Below are positions 47,012 to 56,811 of a stretch of 64,000 bases of DNA, piece after piece; position 1 is the first letter of the stretch; each line of letters opens with the position of its first letter. The stretch comes from Coprothermobacterota bacterium. Lineage in GTDB: Bacteria > Coprothermobacterota > Coprothermobacteria > Coprothermobacterales > Coprothermobacteraceae. The stretch covers positions 576,001 to 640,000 of the forward strand of contig JAZIGN010000003.1 of assembly GCA_036679065.1 (NCBI GenBank). Direction: 5' to 3'. The position numbers were made by a program, and so were the translations under genes. The notes beneath the pieces were generated by a model. That model was given only the letters and a program-made list of their open reading frames with translations, had not been told where the DNA came from and made no database searches.

Positions 47012-48598
47012 CTACCCAGCTCTGTTCGACAAAACTTCACTAGCCAGGTGTTCTAAAATAAAATCCATTTCGCTTGGCCAATTCTCCGGGACCGCCAATG
47101 TAACGTTTATGTTGTCCAAACGAATTAGGCGTCCCGCGAAATTGTTAAAATCTTGGTCTGGTGATAAATCATCAATTACGCTAACCCCGGCATCATTTAG
47201 GGCTTTTATGAAGTCTTCTCGCGTTTCTGTCCTTTCTAATTTCTGGAGCTGTGAAAGCAGTTGTTCCATGTTTGCGGCCCTGGAACTGGTCTTTTGTAGA
47301 GAAATTACCAAATACAGCGTGTTACATACGGCTGAAAGTAGCTGATTCGGATTAGGTACGGCTGGATCTTTTACTATGACAATGCCGTTAGCAGTTTCAT
47401 GAGTTCCCAAAGTTCCTATGAGGATTTTCCCATCTGGCAGATCTTTTTCAAGAACGTCAATTGACGGTGATGAAGTATAAACCAGTGGGTCAGTCATGGC
47501 TAAAGTCGGCTCGATGCCTTCTATGTGTCCGCCTGCAAGGGTGTACTTATAATTCCTAGGACTGTACAGGTAGAGGGCTACCTCTTTTGCTGAAAACAAT
47601 GTTTTCATCCTGACACACATTTGCTCTATGAATTCACTAGACAAAGAATCTGTTTTTCCAATCCTACCCAGAACTTCTAGTTGCTTAAGCAATTCTTTGA
47701 AGGTGCTCAGGTAAATCTCTAGGCTTTTCTGTGCTTGTTCCCATTGCTGTTTTTGCTGGGTGAGCAAATTGTTGTTTTCAGTTAGAGTTTTTGCTTGATG
47801 CTGTAAATTAAACAGCTGTGATTGAGCCTTTGCAAGCGTTTCAAGCTGAAGGAGATTTTGCTCCTTGTAACTGCGGTTCTGCTTGTGCAATTTGAGAACC
47901 ATGGCTCCAAGAATGAACAAAACAAGTACTGATAAAAACAAAAGAAACCAGGACCATGGACTGTTCCAAAACAATTGTGCAGCAGTAGGCTTTACAGGAG
48001 TGAAACCGGCCGATTTAGCTGCTAATGAAACCGCATATGCGCTACGTGTTAGGAACTCTTCGAACTTGTTTTGGAAGAGAATTCCTTGTTCAGTCTTTGA
48101 GTAAACAGGGACCAAGGTTAATTCCACATTCACTGTTTCTTCGCACTCAGAGGTAGCTGAAAGCCCCAGTTGTAAGCTCCTGATTATTCTTAGGTTTTCC
48201 GAGGTTGCTGGCAGACAAACGTAGTCACCTTCACCAGGCAATGGTGTAAAAACTCTGCCTAGTGGAGAGCCTTCAACGTAAGCAGCGGATTCAATGCCAG
48301 TCTGAGGCCTGCTCAGTATGGCATCAAGATCACCCCGTATAAGCCGTCGCATCAATTCATCCGGAGTGCCTTCCACTATGTTCGGTTCAACCCCCGTGTA
48401 TCCTGTAAATAACTTTGAAAGGGTATCGCCAAAAGAGGAAAGTTCTGGCGACGGTAAGCCTGTTAAAAGTTCGTCTGGTATCCCTATTGTTAAACCGAAA
48501 ACGGGTTCAACTATGAAAAACAATGACAAAACTAACAATAAAGCAAAGGACTGTGCAAAACGCGAAGCGAGCCGCTCTTTCAGTTTCCTCACCTCCAC
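47012..48598 (-). CDS. Hypothetical membrane protein (extracellular domain, TM, coiled coil, GAF-like region)
   Basis: N-terminal hydrophobic segment, second TM around aa 215-235, Q/L-rich coiled coil; no output domain recognised. Confidence 0.65.
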   Translation of the reverse strand: MEVRKLKERLASRFAQSFALLLVLSLFFIVEPVFGLTIGIPDELLTGLPSPELSSFGDTLSKLFTGYTGVEPNIVEGTPDELMRRLIRGDLDAILSRPQTGIESAAYVEGSPLGRVFTPLPGEGDYVCLPATSENLRIIRSLQLGLSATSECEETVNVELTLVPVYSKTEQGILFQNKFEEFLTRSAYAVSLAAKSAGFTPVKPTAAQLFWNSPWSWFLLFLSVLVLFILGAMVLKLHKQNRSYKEQNLLQLETLAKAQSQLFNLQHQAKTLTENNNLLTQQKQQWEQAQKSLEIYLSTFKELLKQLEVLGRIGKTDSLSSEFIEQMCVRMKTLFSAKEVALYLYSPRNYKYTLAGGHIEGIEPTLAMTDPLVYTSSPSIDVLEKDLPDGKILIGTLGTHETANGIVIVKDPAVPNPNQLLSAVCNTLYLVISLQKTSSRAANMEQLLSQLQKLERTETREDFIKALNDAGVSVIDDLSPDQDFNNFAGRLIRLDNINVTLAVPENWPSEMDFILEHLASEVLSNRAG

Positions 48599-48611
48599 AC
48601 CCGCATTGTGA

Positions 48612-49148
48612 TTACATTTTACTCTTTGCAGGGGTGAGTAACATTATTTCCCACCAAAGAATAACCCATATACCAACCCCTGATAGCACGGCGGGAAAAA
48701 ATGTGTCAAAGAAATGTTCAATAAGATAGGAACTTTCGGGAAGAATCCAGAACTGATTTCTAAAGAGGAGATGGTGTAAATAGGTCCAAACGGTATCAAA
48801 ACTAACCAGGGTCAAAGTGCCAAGACCCAGAGTGAGTATTAGAAGCACCATGGCAGTTTTTGGTCCAGGATAGGCATGTTGTGGTACAAGCCACACCAGC
48901 GAAGCAAGCTCAAGCACCAAAAACCAGGCTCTCACATCGGTCATGTGGAGCATCTCCACTTCCGAGAGTTTCGGTTGGCTGGTGCCCGTGATTAAGTAGC
49001 GAAGTATGCTTTTGTTCTCTGGTCCAGGTTTTGCCAAAAGAAAGCTTACCAATGTGGCGAACCAAATTGCTAAAGTCAACGCTTTTACTATGAAGATTAG
49101 CGATTGCGTATTGACATTGGGCTTATTTTTCCCATCCATAAAAGTCAA
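48612..49148 (-). CDS. Integral membrane protein, DUF1461/TIGR01906-like
   Basis: E..HM.DVR and FD..WT..H.LLF....W.LP..S.LI..F...FF motifs. Confidence 0.7.
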   Translation of the reverse strand: MTFMDGKNKPNVNTQSLIFIVKALTLAIWFATLVSFLLAKPGPENKSILRYLITGTSQPKLSEVEMLHMTDVRAWFLVLELASLVWLVPQHAYPGPKTAMVLLILTLGLGTLTLVSFDTVWTYLHHLLFRNQFWILPESSYLIEHFFDTFFPAVLSGVGIWVILWWEIMLLTPAKSKM

Positions 49149-50217
49149 AGTTGTTAATTGAATACAATTTCAAAACAAAATCTTTATCCAAGTGGTGGAC
49201 ACCGTCAAGCCGGTCTACAACCTCTGCGGCTTCAAAAGGACTCACGTCGTCCACAGGGGCATCGCTTCCCACCAGTAGTTTCACACCATAATCTTTCATC
49301 AACCCCCAGGCATAGCTTGTTTGAATGCGGTCTCCCACACGCTCAGAAGCCCAAGGGAGTTCCTTTGAGAAAATGGGTTGTATGCATGCCGCTACTTGAA
49401 GCCTAGCGAGCTCCTCAATCTGATCCAGACGTGTTATTTGCAGGTGTTCTACTCTATCCAGTGGATGTCTGGATTTTTGTAGCACACTTAAGGCTTGATC
49501 AATAGCCTTGTCGCCAATGGCATGGAGTGCCACCGGTTTGTCTTTTTTGTGTGCCTGTTCCACCAAATAGAGCAACTCCTCGTCGGAGTGGTTCAGTTTA
49601 CCGTAATTTCCTGGATCGTCACTGTATTCTCTGGTTAAGGCAGCTGTGCGGGCACCCAGTGAGCCATCTAAGAAAAGTTTCAATCCCATGGCATCGCCTA
49701 ACAGATCGAGATCCGAGGTGTAGAAGGGAAATCCACCCATGAGGTCCACGTTCTCTTTGGTCACATGCATGTCAACGAACTTTGTAATACCAAGTTCTCT
49801 AAGGTTTTGAACACCTCTTTCCAGGACCTCCTGTTTGGGTATGGCATTCACTTCAATGAACCGCTCAAGAAGATCAAATACGTCTTCTTCTAAAAACACA
49901 CCTGAATACGCGCTTAAACCAAGCTGCTCCATGGCTCTGGTGTTAAGTACAGCCAAGTGCAGGCATGTTCTTACCAAAAGCGCAGGATTTTGCGGAAACC
50001 ATGAATCAAGCATGTCTTTTGTTGGTATTTGTTTTTCTTTCAAGAGCTCTTGGTTAAACTTAACACCAACGTACCAATTGTTCAGGGGTTGTGCTCTCAA
50101 TGCCTCTACTATTTCCTCGAAGCTGGTGCAATTGGAAAGGTCTGGAAACAAGCTCAGTGAGCTGTAAGTCCATGCATGAAGGTGAAGGTCTGCAAACTTC
50201 GTCTGGTTGTCTTCCAT
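49123..50217 (-). CDS. Amidohydrolase family 3 (YtcJ-like), short form
   Basis: DLHLH, KLFLDGSLGARTAAL, LHAIGD, RVEH, GSDAPV. Confidence 0.88.
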   Translation of the reverse strand: MEDNQTKFADLHLHAWTYSSLSLFPDLSNCTSFEEIVEALRAQPLNNWYVGVKFNQELLKEKQIPTKDMLDSWFPQNPALLVRTCLHLAVLNTRAMEQLGLSAYSGVFLEEDVFDLLERFIEVNAIPKQEVLERGVQNLRELGITKFVDMHVTKENVDLMGGFPFYTSDLDLLGDAMGLKLFLDGSLGARTAALTREYSDDPGNYGKLNHSDEELLYLVEQAHKKDKPVALHAIGDKAIDQALSVLQKSRHPLDRVEHLQITRLDQIEELARLQVAACIQPIFSKELPWASERVGDRIQTSYAWGLMKDYGVKLLVGSDAPVDDVSPFEAAEVVDRLDGVHHLDKDFVLKLYSINNFDFYGWEK

Positions 50218-50298
50218 AAAAACAATTGTAGCAGCTTGTTAAGCAGAAGGGTTTATAATAGTTAAACCTACTTCTTATAACCAAAGGAGGCTACTGCT

Positions 50299-51204
50299 GT
50301 GAAGCATGTGGTTTCAGTCAGTTTAGGTTCTTCCAAAAGAGATAGCACAGCGCAAGCCGTGTTTTTAGGAGAAGAATTCATCTTGGAGCGTGTTGGAACT
50401 GACGGTGATATGCAAAAAGCCGTTGAGAAAATAAGAGAGCTTGATGGAAAGGTTGATGCTATTGGCTTGGGGGGCATTGATCTTTACCTGTGGCTGGGTG
50501 AAAAACGCTACGTTATCAGGGATGCCAAAAAACTCAAAGAAGCGGCTAAGGTAACTCCGGTGGTGGATGGGTCTGGTCTGAAGCACACATTGGAGAGAAA
50601 AGTGGTGGATGACCTCTTTGCCAGAGGGATTTTCAAGCCGGGAATGACCTTCTTCATTACCAGTGGTGTGGACCGTTGGGGAATGGTAGAAGCCATCAGT
50701 AAAAACGGCGGAAAGTTAATAATAGGCGACCTCATGTTTGCATTAAACATAGCCATACCACTTCACTCCATTAACAGCCTGCGTAATCTCGGATCTATCA
50801 TACTTCCCATAGCTGCTAATTTGCCTTTTACTGTTCTTTACCCAACGGGTTCAAAGCAGTTGGAACGCACTCCAAAGTTTGGGCAGTATTTTAAGGAAGC
50901 TGACGTCATCGCTGGTGACTATCTTTACATTGACAAGTACATGCCAGAGGATTTGCAGGGCAAGATAATTCTAACTAATACGACCACATCGGAAAATGTC
51001 CAGGAACTCAAAAAGCGGGGGGTTTCTCTTCTCGTAACTACTACGCCTGTTATCGAGGGGAGAAGCTTCGGAACAAATGTTCTAGAAGGTGTTTTCACTG
51101 GTTTATTGGGTAAGCCTGGAACGCCGCCTCACTATCCCGAGTATGAACGTCTCATAGCCGAGCTTAATCTGGGCCCCACCATTCGAGTTCTTAACGAAGA
51201 TTAA
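50299..51204 (+). CDS. Conserved protein of the family usually labelled 'quinate 5-dehydrogenase' (function unverified)
   Basis: VVSVSLGSS.RD, ER.GTDGD, AIGLGGID, PVVDGSGLK.TLE, TTTP...GRSFGTNV.E; precedes the AAR-like gene. Confidence 0.65.
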   Translation: MKHVVSVSLGSSKRDSTAQAVFLGEEFILERVGTDGDMQKAVEKIRELDGKVDAIGLGGIDLYLWLGEKRYVIRDAKKLKEAAKVTPVVDGSGLKHTLERKVVDDLFARGIFKPGMTFFITSGVDRWGMVEAISKNGGKLIIGDLMFALNIAIPLHSINSLRNLGSIILPIAANLPFTVLYPTGSKQLERTPKFGQYFKEADVIAGDYLYIDKYMPEDLQGKIILTNTTTSENVQELKKRGVSLLVTTTPVIEGRSFGTNVLEGVFTGLLGKPGTPPHYPEYERLIAELNLGPTIRVLNED

Positions 51205-51318
51205 AGTATTAAAATACTTCAGATGTGGTAAAAGAGTTAACAGTGAAAAGTTTAAAGAAACAATCTTGTCAAAGAAGTATTCTTGCTATGGCCATTGCGC
51301 CGGAGGTGGAAGAGTTAC

Positions 51319-52377
51319 ATGGCTAAATTTGGTTTTGTGTTGCATCCATTGTCCATTGAGGACATAAAGAGTCACGTTGGGTTTGCCAAATATTTACCTG
51401 ATAGTTTGGTGGAGTGGGGTGGCAGGTACGCAAGCCCTTACATAGCTTCTCATGTTATCGGTGTAAAATCCCTTACTGGCAAAGAAGTTGACGGTTGGTT
51501 TGCAGTAGTCCCCATGACACCAAAAATGATGATGCAGGATCAGGATTACGCTGTAAAGCAGATCATAAAAGCTGGTAAGCTTCTGGAAAAAGAAGGCGCC
51601 GAGATCATGGGTTTGGGTGCCTATACCTCTGTGGTGAAAGATGCTGGCATCACCATTGCGAAAGCAATGGACATAGGTGTTACCACTGGTAACAGCTATA
51701 CAGCATATACAGCTGGCGAGGCGCTGCTTTTGGCTGCTAAGGAAGTGGGTATTGATCCTAAGAGTTGCACGCTAACAGTAGTTGGAGCCACAGGCTCCAT
51801 TGGTAGCGTTCTTACTAAAACACTAGCTCCACAGGTTGGAAAGGTTGTTCTGGTGGCACGAAATATGGCCCGCTTGCAGGCATTAGCAGAGGTTTTGAAA
51901 GAATATGAGGTGGATTACACCAGCAGCGTCAGTGAAGGGGTTAGGCAAGCTGATCTGTTGATCACTGTTTCTTCGGCTCCTGAGGCTATCATAGATGCCG
52001 AGGATTTACAACCGGGCACCATCGTCGTGGACGTATCCAGGCCGCGTAATGTTGCAGAATCTGTGGCGAAGAAACGTTCCGACGTGCTTGTGCTTGATGG
52101 TGGTGTGGTGCGAGTGCCTGGTGATGTACAATTTAACTTTAATTTTGGCTTTGAGCCCAAGACAGCTTATGCTTGCATGAGTGAGACCATGATGCTTGCT
52201 TTAGACGACTGGACCACGGACTTCAGTTTGGGCAGAGACCTGAAGGAAGAGCAGGTCATGCTGACTGGAAAATGGGCAAAAAAACATGGTTTCGAAGTCG
52301 TCTGGATGAGGTCATTCGACCGTCCAGTTACAGAGGCGCAATTAGATAAAATAAGGGCTATTAGGAGGGTTTCGTAA
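51319..52377 (+). CDS. NAD(P)-dependent oxidoreductase homologous to acyl-ACP reductase (often labelled shikimate/quinate dehydrogenase)
   Basis: FGFVLHP, GLGAYTS, TTGNSYT, VVGATGSIG, DVSRPRNV, DGGVV, AYACMSETM.LAL, FSLGR. Confidence 0.75.
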   Translation: MAKFGFVLHPLSIEDIKSHVGFAKYLPDSLVEWGGRYASPYIASHVIGVKSLTGKEVDGWFAVVPMTPKMMMQDQDYAVKQIIKAGKLLEKEGAEIMGLGAYTSVVKDAGITIAKAMDIGVTTGNSYTAYTAGEALLLAAKEVGIDPKSCTLTVVGATGSIGSVLTKTLAPQVGKVVLVARNMARLQALAEVLKEYEVDYTSSVSEGVRQADLLITVSSAPEAIIDAEDLQPGTIVVDVSRPRNVAESVAKKRSDVLVLDGGVVRVPGDVQFNFNFGFEPKTAYACMSETMMLALDDWTTDFSLGRDLKEEQVMLTGKWAKKHGFEVVWMRSFDRPVTEAQLDKIRAIRRVS

Positions 52378-52378
52378 G

Positions 52379-52870
52379 ATGCGAAGAGTGGAAGATGAAG
52401 CCATTTTGACAGAGGAAGGATACAAGAAAGTTTTTGAGGAGCTCAAATACCTCAAAGAGGTGAAGAGAAAAGAAGTTGCAGAGAAAATCCAGGAAGCCAG
52501 AGCTTTAGGTGATCTGTCAGAGAACTCTGAGTTTGAGGCAGCTAAGGAAGAGCAAGCGTTGCTAGAAGAGCGTATAGCTCGCTTAGAATCGCTGATTTAC
52601 AATGCCAAAGTTGTCAAGGCTGAGGATCTGGCGCTGGATCAGGTCTCTGTGGGTACAAAGGTTTTAGTGCTTGACGAGAGCACTGGTAGGGAAGAAGCAT
52701 TCATCATTGTTGGCAACTCTGAGGAAGTCGATCCGTTTTCTGGAAAGATTTCTTCCAAATCTCCTCTGGGCAGCAGACTACTCGGACGTAAGAGAGGGGA
52801 TCGTGTGGAGATAAAGCTTCGTAACGGAAGCAAGGCAGTGTATGAAATACTTGACATAATGGTGCCGTAA
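52379..52870 (+). CDS. greA: Transcription elongation factor GreA
   Basis: LTEEG, EARALGDLSENSE, ISSKSPLG..LLG. Confidence 0.96.
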   Translation: MRRVEDEAILTEEGYKKVFEELKYLKEVKRKEVAEKIQEARALGDLSENSEFEAAKEEQALLEERIARLESLIYNAKVVKAEDLALDQVSVGTKVLVLDESTGREEAFIIVGNSEEVDPFSGKISSKSPLGSRLLGRKRGDRVEIKLRNGSKAVYEILDIMVP

Positions 52871-52872
52871 TC

Positions 52873-54345
52873 ATGGAAGAACGAGAGGTCAGACTTAGTA
52901 AGCTCGAGCAGCTAAAGCAGTTAGGTGTTGATCCATTTGGTGCCGTAATAAGGGATGTGGTGCCCATTTCAAAGGCACGACAGGCGTCGGATGGGGACCA
53001 GTGCAGTGTCATGGCTCGTGTAACTAGCATACGTCAGCATGGCAAACTCACCTTTGCTGACCTCAAAGATTTCACCGGAAGATTGCAAATTAGTTTTCGC
53101 AAGGATGTGTTGGGGGACAAGTACGACTTCTTCAAGAAGTTTGTTGATGTGGGTGATGTTATATACATAAAAGGTAGCATCTACCATACTGGTCGCGGAG
53201 AGCTTACTTTGGACGTTCAGGATTTCAGGTTGCAGAGCAAGTGCCTTAGGCCCTTACCAGAAAAATGGCATGGTGTCAAGGACCCAGAAGTGCGATATCG
53301 TCAAAGGTATTTGGATCTCATCATTGATGATGATTCTCGTGAGCGCTTCCGTAAAAGAGCTGACATCGTTAGATCCATTCGTGAGCTCCTGTGGTCAAAG
53401 GGCTTCGTTGAGGTGGAGACTCCCATCCTTCAGCCCATACCCAGTGGCGCCAGTGCTAAACCGTTTGTTACCCATCACAACGCACTGGATATTGACCTTT
53501 ACCTGCGCATTGCTCCGGAGCTTTATCTAAAGCGGCTTGTTGTGGGCGGTGTTCACAAGGTTTTCGAACTTGGTAAGAACTTCCGCAATGAGGGCATTGA
53601 CCAAAACCATAATCCTGAATTTACCATGCTGGAGCTTTACCAAACTCCCGGCGATTACGAAGATATGATGCAAATAACAGAAGACATATTTTGTACTGCG
53701 GCACAGGTCAGCGGCGCTGCCCAAAGTGTCACTTTCAAGGGGAAGACGGTAAATTTAAGTCGTCCTTTTAAACGTCTTACGTTTAAAGAAGCTTTTAAAC
53801 AGATTGCTAATTTGGACTGGAGCGATTTAGACACACTGGAAAAAGCCACAGCTGTTATGACTGCGAATGGCATAGAAATGACGAAAACGCCAACCTGGGA
53901 GAACATCATACAAAAGCTGTTTGATGAACTGGTGCAGCCCCATTTAGTGGACCCCACATTTATTCTTGATTACCCTGTAGAAATTAGTCCCCTTGCGAAA
54001 AGGAAACCCGATGATCCCAGATTTGTATACCGCTTTGAGCTATTTGTAGCTGGGATGGAAATGGCGAATGCATTTTCTGAGCTTCAGGATCCATTTGACC
54101 AAAAGGCTCGTTTTGAAGAACAGATGAAGCTTAAGGAGCTCGGCGAGGAAGAAGTCATACTCATGGACGAGGATTTCGTGGTAGCACTGGAGTACGGCTT
54201 GCCACCTACGGGAGGACTTGGCGTAGGGATTGATCGGTTGGTCATGCTTCTGACCGAAGCAGAGAACATCAAAGATGTTATTTGGTTCCCCACTTTAAGG
54301 CCAAAGTCTACTGAGCCGGTCGAAAGCACGGAAGTAGTTGAGTAA
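52873..54345 (+). CDS. lysS: Lysine--tRNA ligase (class II)
   Basis: RPLPEKWHG, RYRQRYLDL, LRIAPELYLKRL, FRNEG, YGLPPTGGLGVGIDR. Confidence 0.98.
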   Translation: MEEREVRLSKLEQLKQLGVDPFGAVIRDVVPISKARQASDGDQCSVMARVTSIRQHGKLTFADLKDFTGRLQISFRKDVLGDKYDFFKKFVDVGDVIYIKGSIYHTGRGELTLDVQDFRLQSKCLRPLPEKWHGVKDPEVRYRQRYLDLIIDDDSRERFRKRADIVRSIRELLWSKGFVEVETPILQPIPSGASAKPFVTHHNALDIDLYLRIAPELYLKRLVVGGVHKVFELGKNFRNEGIDQNHNPEFTMLELYQTPGDYEDMMQITEDIFCTAAQVSGAAQSVTFKGKTVNLSRPFKRLTFKEAFKQIANLDWSDLDTLEKATAVMTANGIEMTKTPTWENIIQKLFDELVQPHLVDPTFILDYPVEISPLAKRKPDDPRFVYRFELFVAGMEMANAFSELQDPFDQKARFEEQMKLKELGEEEVILMDEDFVVALEYGLPPTGGLGVGIDRLVMLLTEAENIKDVIWFPTLRPKSTEPVESTEVVE

Positions 54346-54442
54346 GTCTGCAGGTAACGTATTTAGAGTTGAATATCTATAAACGTAAATGTTTGTCATT
54401 TTCTCTGGTGGTTGCAAAATCTTTTGCAAGGAGGTGCGGAGA

Positions 54443-54958
54443 ATGGCAACCAAGAAACAGATTGAGGCTGCGAAGAAGAACATCAAGAAAGCTCAGCAGG
54501 CATGGAAAGAAATGTCTCGTGAACAACGCGCAAAAGCCCAACCCGAGGGAAGAGAACGTGCCGATATAGGTGAAAAGGGAACAGGTGACTACTACCGGAT
54601 TGTGGTACGGGACGCCGATCAATTCGTTGATTTCCGTTACCATGACGTAGGCGATAAGGGTCACATAATCCGTCTTGCTGGGAAAAGAAAAAGCGGTTCT
54701 TGGGCTACACAAGCATGGTTGATTAGCAAAGAGGATGCACACATAGAGGGAGAAGAACTGGTACCCGATAGTAAAGATGCTAAGGAGCTCATTGAGTCTC
54801 TAGGGTCAAAGCCCCAGCACGTGGAAGGCGATATCTTTAAGGCGAAGGACAGGAAGAACATACCAGAAAACGAGAAGCCTACGGCAAAGCAACAAAAAGC
54901 GAGAAAAGAAAACATTAAGAAAGCTCAAGCAGCTCGCCGAAAGAAAGCTGAAAACTGA
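54443..54958 (+). CDS. Hypothetical basic protein with similar N- and C-terminal helices
   Basis: AAGGAGGTG RBS then ATG 54443; 171 aa; NIKKAQ occurs at both ends. Confidence 0.8.
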   Translation: MATKKQIEAAKKNIKKAQQAWKEMSREQRAKAQPEGRERADIGEKGTGDYYRIVVRDADQFVDFRYHDVGDKGHIIRLAGKRKSGSWATQAWLISKEDAHIEGEELVPDSKDAKELIESLGSKPQHVEGDIFKAKDRKNIPENEKPTAKQQKARKENIKKAQAARRKKAEN

Positions 54959-55221
54959 GTGAAGTATTCAAGTGGTGATTTCTCTTTAGAAATGCGGATC
55001 TAAGAGCAAGAGGCAAAGTTCATTGTCTGACCACAAGTAACCTAAATTAGCTTAACACTGCTCACAGTAGAAGAACGTGTTATACGGATTGTACCCTCGT
55101 TTGTCTAGCCGAAGTGCTAGATTAGGAAAGATTAGCTTCCTACCAAAAGCCCATTATAAGCGAGAATATTCTCATGGGCAAGAAGAGGTGTTAGGAGCTA
55201 CTGGGTTATACTATTTAAGAC

Positions 55222-55297
55222 GCGCCCGTAGCTCAATGGATAGAGCGTCGGCCTCCGGAGCCGAAGGTTGGAGGTTCGAGTCCTCTCGGGCGCGCCA
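55222..55297 (+). tRNA. tRNA-Arg(CCG)
   Basis: Acceptor stem GCGCCCG/CGGGCGC, anticodon arm TCGGC-ctCCGga-GCCGA, GGTTCGAGTCC T-arm, encoded CCA; 76 nt. Confidence 0.97.
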
Positions 55298-55310
55298 CTA
55301 AAAGAAAGCG

Positions 55311-56315
55311 GTGTGTGTTCCTGTGATCATAAAAGTTGATCCTTTGAAACCAGAGCGAAACTTAATTCGAAAAGCATGCCAAGTTTTACTTGATGGTTTC
55401 GTGGTGGCATTCCCCACGGAGACCGTCTACGGCTTAGGGGCCGTTGCTACTTGCGAAGAAGCAGTAAAGGAAATCTTCCGATTAAAAGGACGCCCCGCAG
55501 ATAACCCTCTCATCGTGCACATTTGTGATCTGGAACAACTGGAAGACCTGGTCACTGAAGTTCCCGAAAAAGCAAGAAAAGTTATGGAAGTTTTTTGGCC
55601 CGGCCCTCTTAGTATTATTCTGCAGGCAAAAGACAATGTACCACTGATTACACGAGGTGGCTTGGAGAGCGTAGCAATTAGAATGCCTGCTCATCCTGTT
55701 GCCTTATCCCTTATTGAGTGTGCTGGTCCCATTGCGGCACCTAGCGCAAACAAGAGTGGTAGGCCTTCGCCTACCACGGCAGAGCACGTTTACCAGGATT
55801 TTGGTGAGCAGATTCTTATTCTGGATGCCGGTCCGACCTTGGTTGGTCTGGAATCCACGGTGGTTGATGTGAGGGAGGAGCCTTGGAAAATATACCGTCC
55901 TGGTGCGGTAACTCGGGAGATGCTGGAAGCACACGGCCATGTGGCGGTGGAGTACGTTGGCAAAATTGAGGAAGTTAGCTCAGTACCTTCTCCTGGAATG
56001 AAATACAGGCACTATGCCCCCAATGTGCCCGTTATTCTTTTTCGCGAAATCAGCGAACTACCCGTAAACCAAGACATAACGGTGATCGCTTTGGATTACT
56101 TGGTGCCCAGTTTACAACAAAGGAATAACATCACCTTTATCAGTCTGGGACCTGATCAGCATTCCGCTGCGGCCCGCATTTATATGGCACTACGCGAGGC
56201 TGAACGGTATGGCAGAAGCACTTATGTACAGCTCATGGATGAGGAGGGTATTGGGATTGCCTACAACGAACGGATCCGAAAAGCCGCTGGCGCGTCAAGA
56301 AAGTTGGCTCGTTAA
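55311..56315 (+). CDS. sua5: Threonylcarbamoyl-AMP synthase, Sua5 type
   Basis: VAFPTETVYGL, KGRPADNPLIVH, FWPGPL, AAPSANKSG, ESTV, PGMKYRHYAP. Confidence 0.95.
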   Translation: MCVPVIIKVDPLKPERNLIRKACQVLLDGFVVAFPTETVYGLGAVATCEEAVKEIFRLKGRPADNPLIVHICDLEQLEDLVTEVPEKARKVMEVFWPGPLSIILQAKDNVPLITRGGLESVAIRMPAHPVALSLIECAGPIAAPSANKSGRPSPTTAEHVYQDFGEQILILDAGPTLVGLESTVVDVREEPWKIYRPGAVTREMLEAHGHVAVEYVGKIEEVSSVPSPGMKYRHYAPNVPVILFREISELPVNQDITVIALDYLVPSLQQRNNITFISLGPDQHSAAARIYMALREAERYGRSTYVQLMDEEGIGIAYNERIRKAAGASRKLAR

Positions 56316-56811
56316 GGTAGCCAGAACAGGGCTTGTGGCTGCACTTTATGTTGTGCTTACATACCTTTCTAGTGTTTTCAATTTAGCTTTTGGCCCTATG
56401 CAATTCAGGGTTTCAGAAAGTCTTACGTTGCTTCCCTTGATATGGGGTGAGACAGTTCTTGGGCTGACTGTGGGCACATTTCTTAGTAATCTTGGTAGCC
56501 CCTACGGTATCATCGACTGGGTATTTGGTACCACAGCTACCTTCATTGCCTTGAGTTTGGTTAGGTGGGTAGGCAAAAAGGGTTACTCTGAATGGTTGGC
56601 GGCCCTATTGGTCTCATTGGTGAATGCCCTCATGGTTCCGCTCATCATTTTGCTTGGGGCAATGGGTTTAGATGCTTCCAGCTTTGGTGGGATACTGTTT
56701 AGTGGTGTTTACTGGTCCTACGTTGTGACCATTTTCATTGAGGAGTTTTGCGTTGTGGCTTTTTTGGGTATACCACTAATTAGGACCATAAGAGGGAGGG
56801 TACTTAAGTGA
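56257..56811 (+). CDS. queT: QueT-family ECF S-component
   Basis: AALYVVLT, FGPMQFRVSE.L, GLTVG.FLSN..SPYG.IDW.FGT. Start uncertain (TTG 56251 or 56257 after GAGGAGG). Confidence 0.8.
   Translation: MPTTNGSEKPLARQESWLVKVARTGLVAALYVVLTYLSSVFNLAFGPMQFRVSESLTLLPLIWGETVLGLTVGTFLSNLGSPYGIIDWVFGTTATFIALSLVRWVGKKGYSEWLAALLVSLVNALMVPLIILLGAMGLDASSFGGILFSGVYWSYVVTIFIEEFCVVAFLGIPLIRTIRGRVLK

Noticed and set aside
55077..55301. 74-aa ORF
   Set aside because: It overlaps the tRNA-Arg gene and its promoter region, so it is spurious.
54346..55310. Integrated element at tRNA-Arg or tRNA-Asn
   Set aside because: No integrase and no duplicated tRNA 3' end found by eye; the flanking genes are housekeeping.
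56209..56315. preQ1 riboswitch upstream of queT
   Set aside because: The upstream sequence is sua5 coding region, and no preQ1 stem with A-rich tail is visible.
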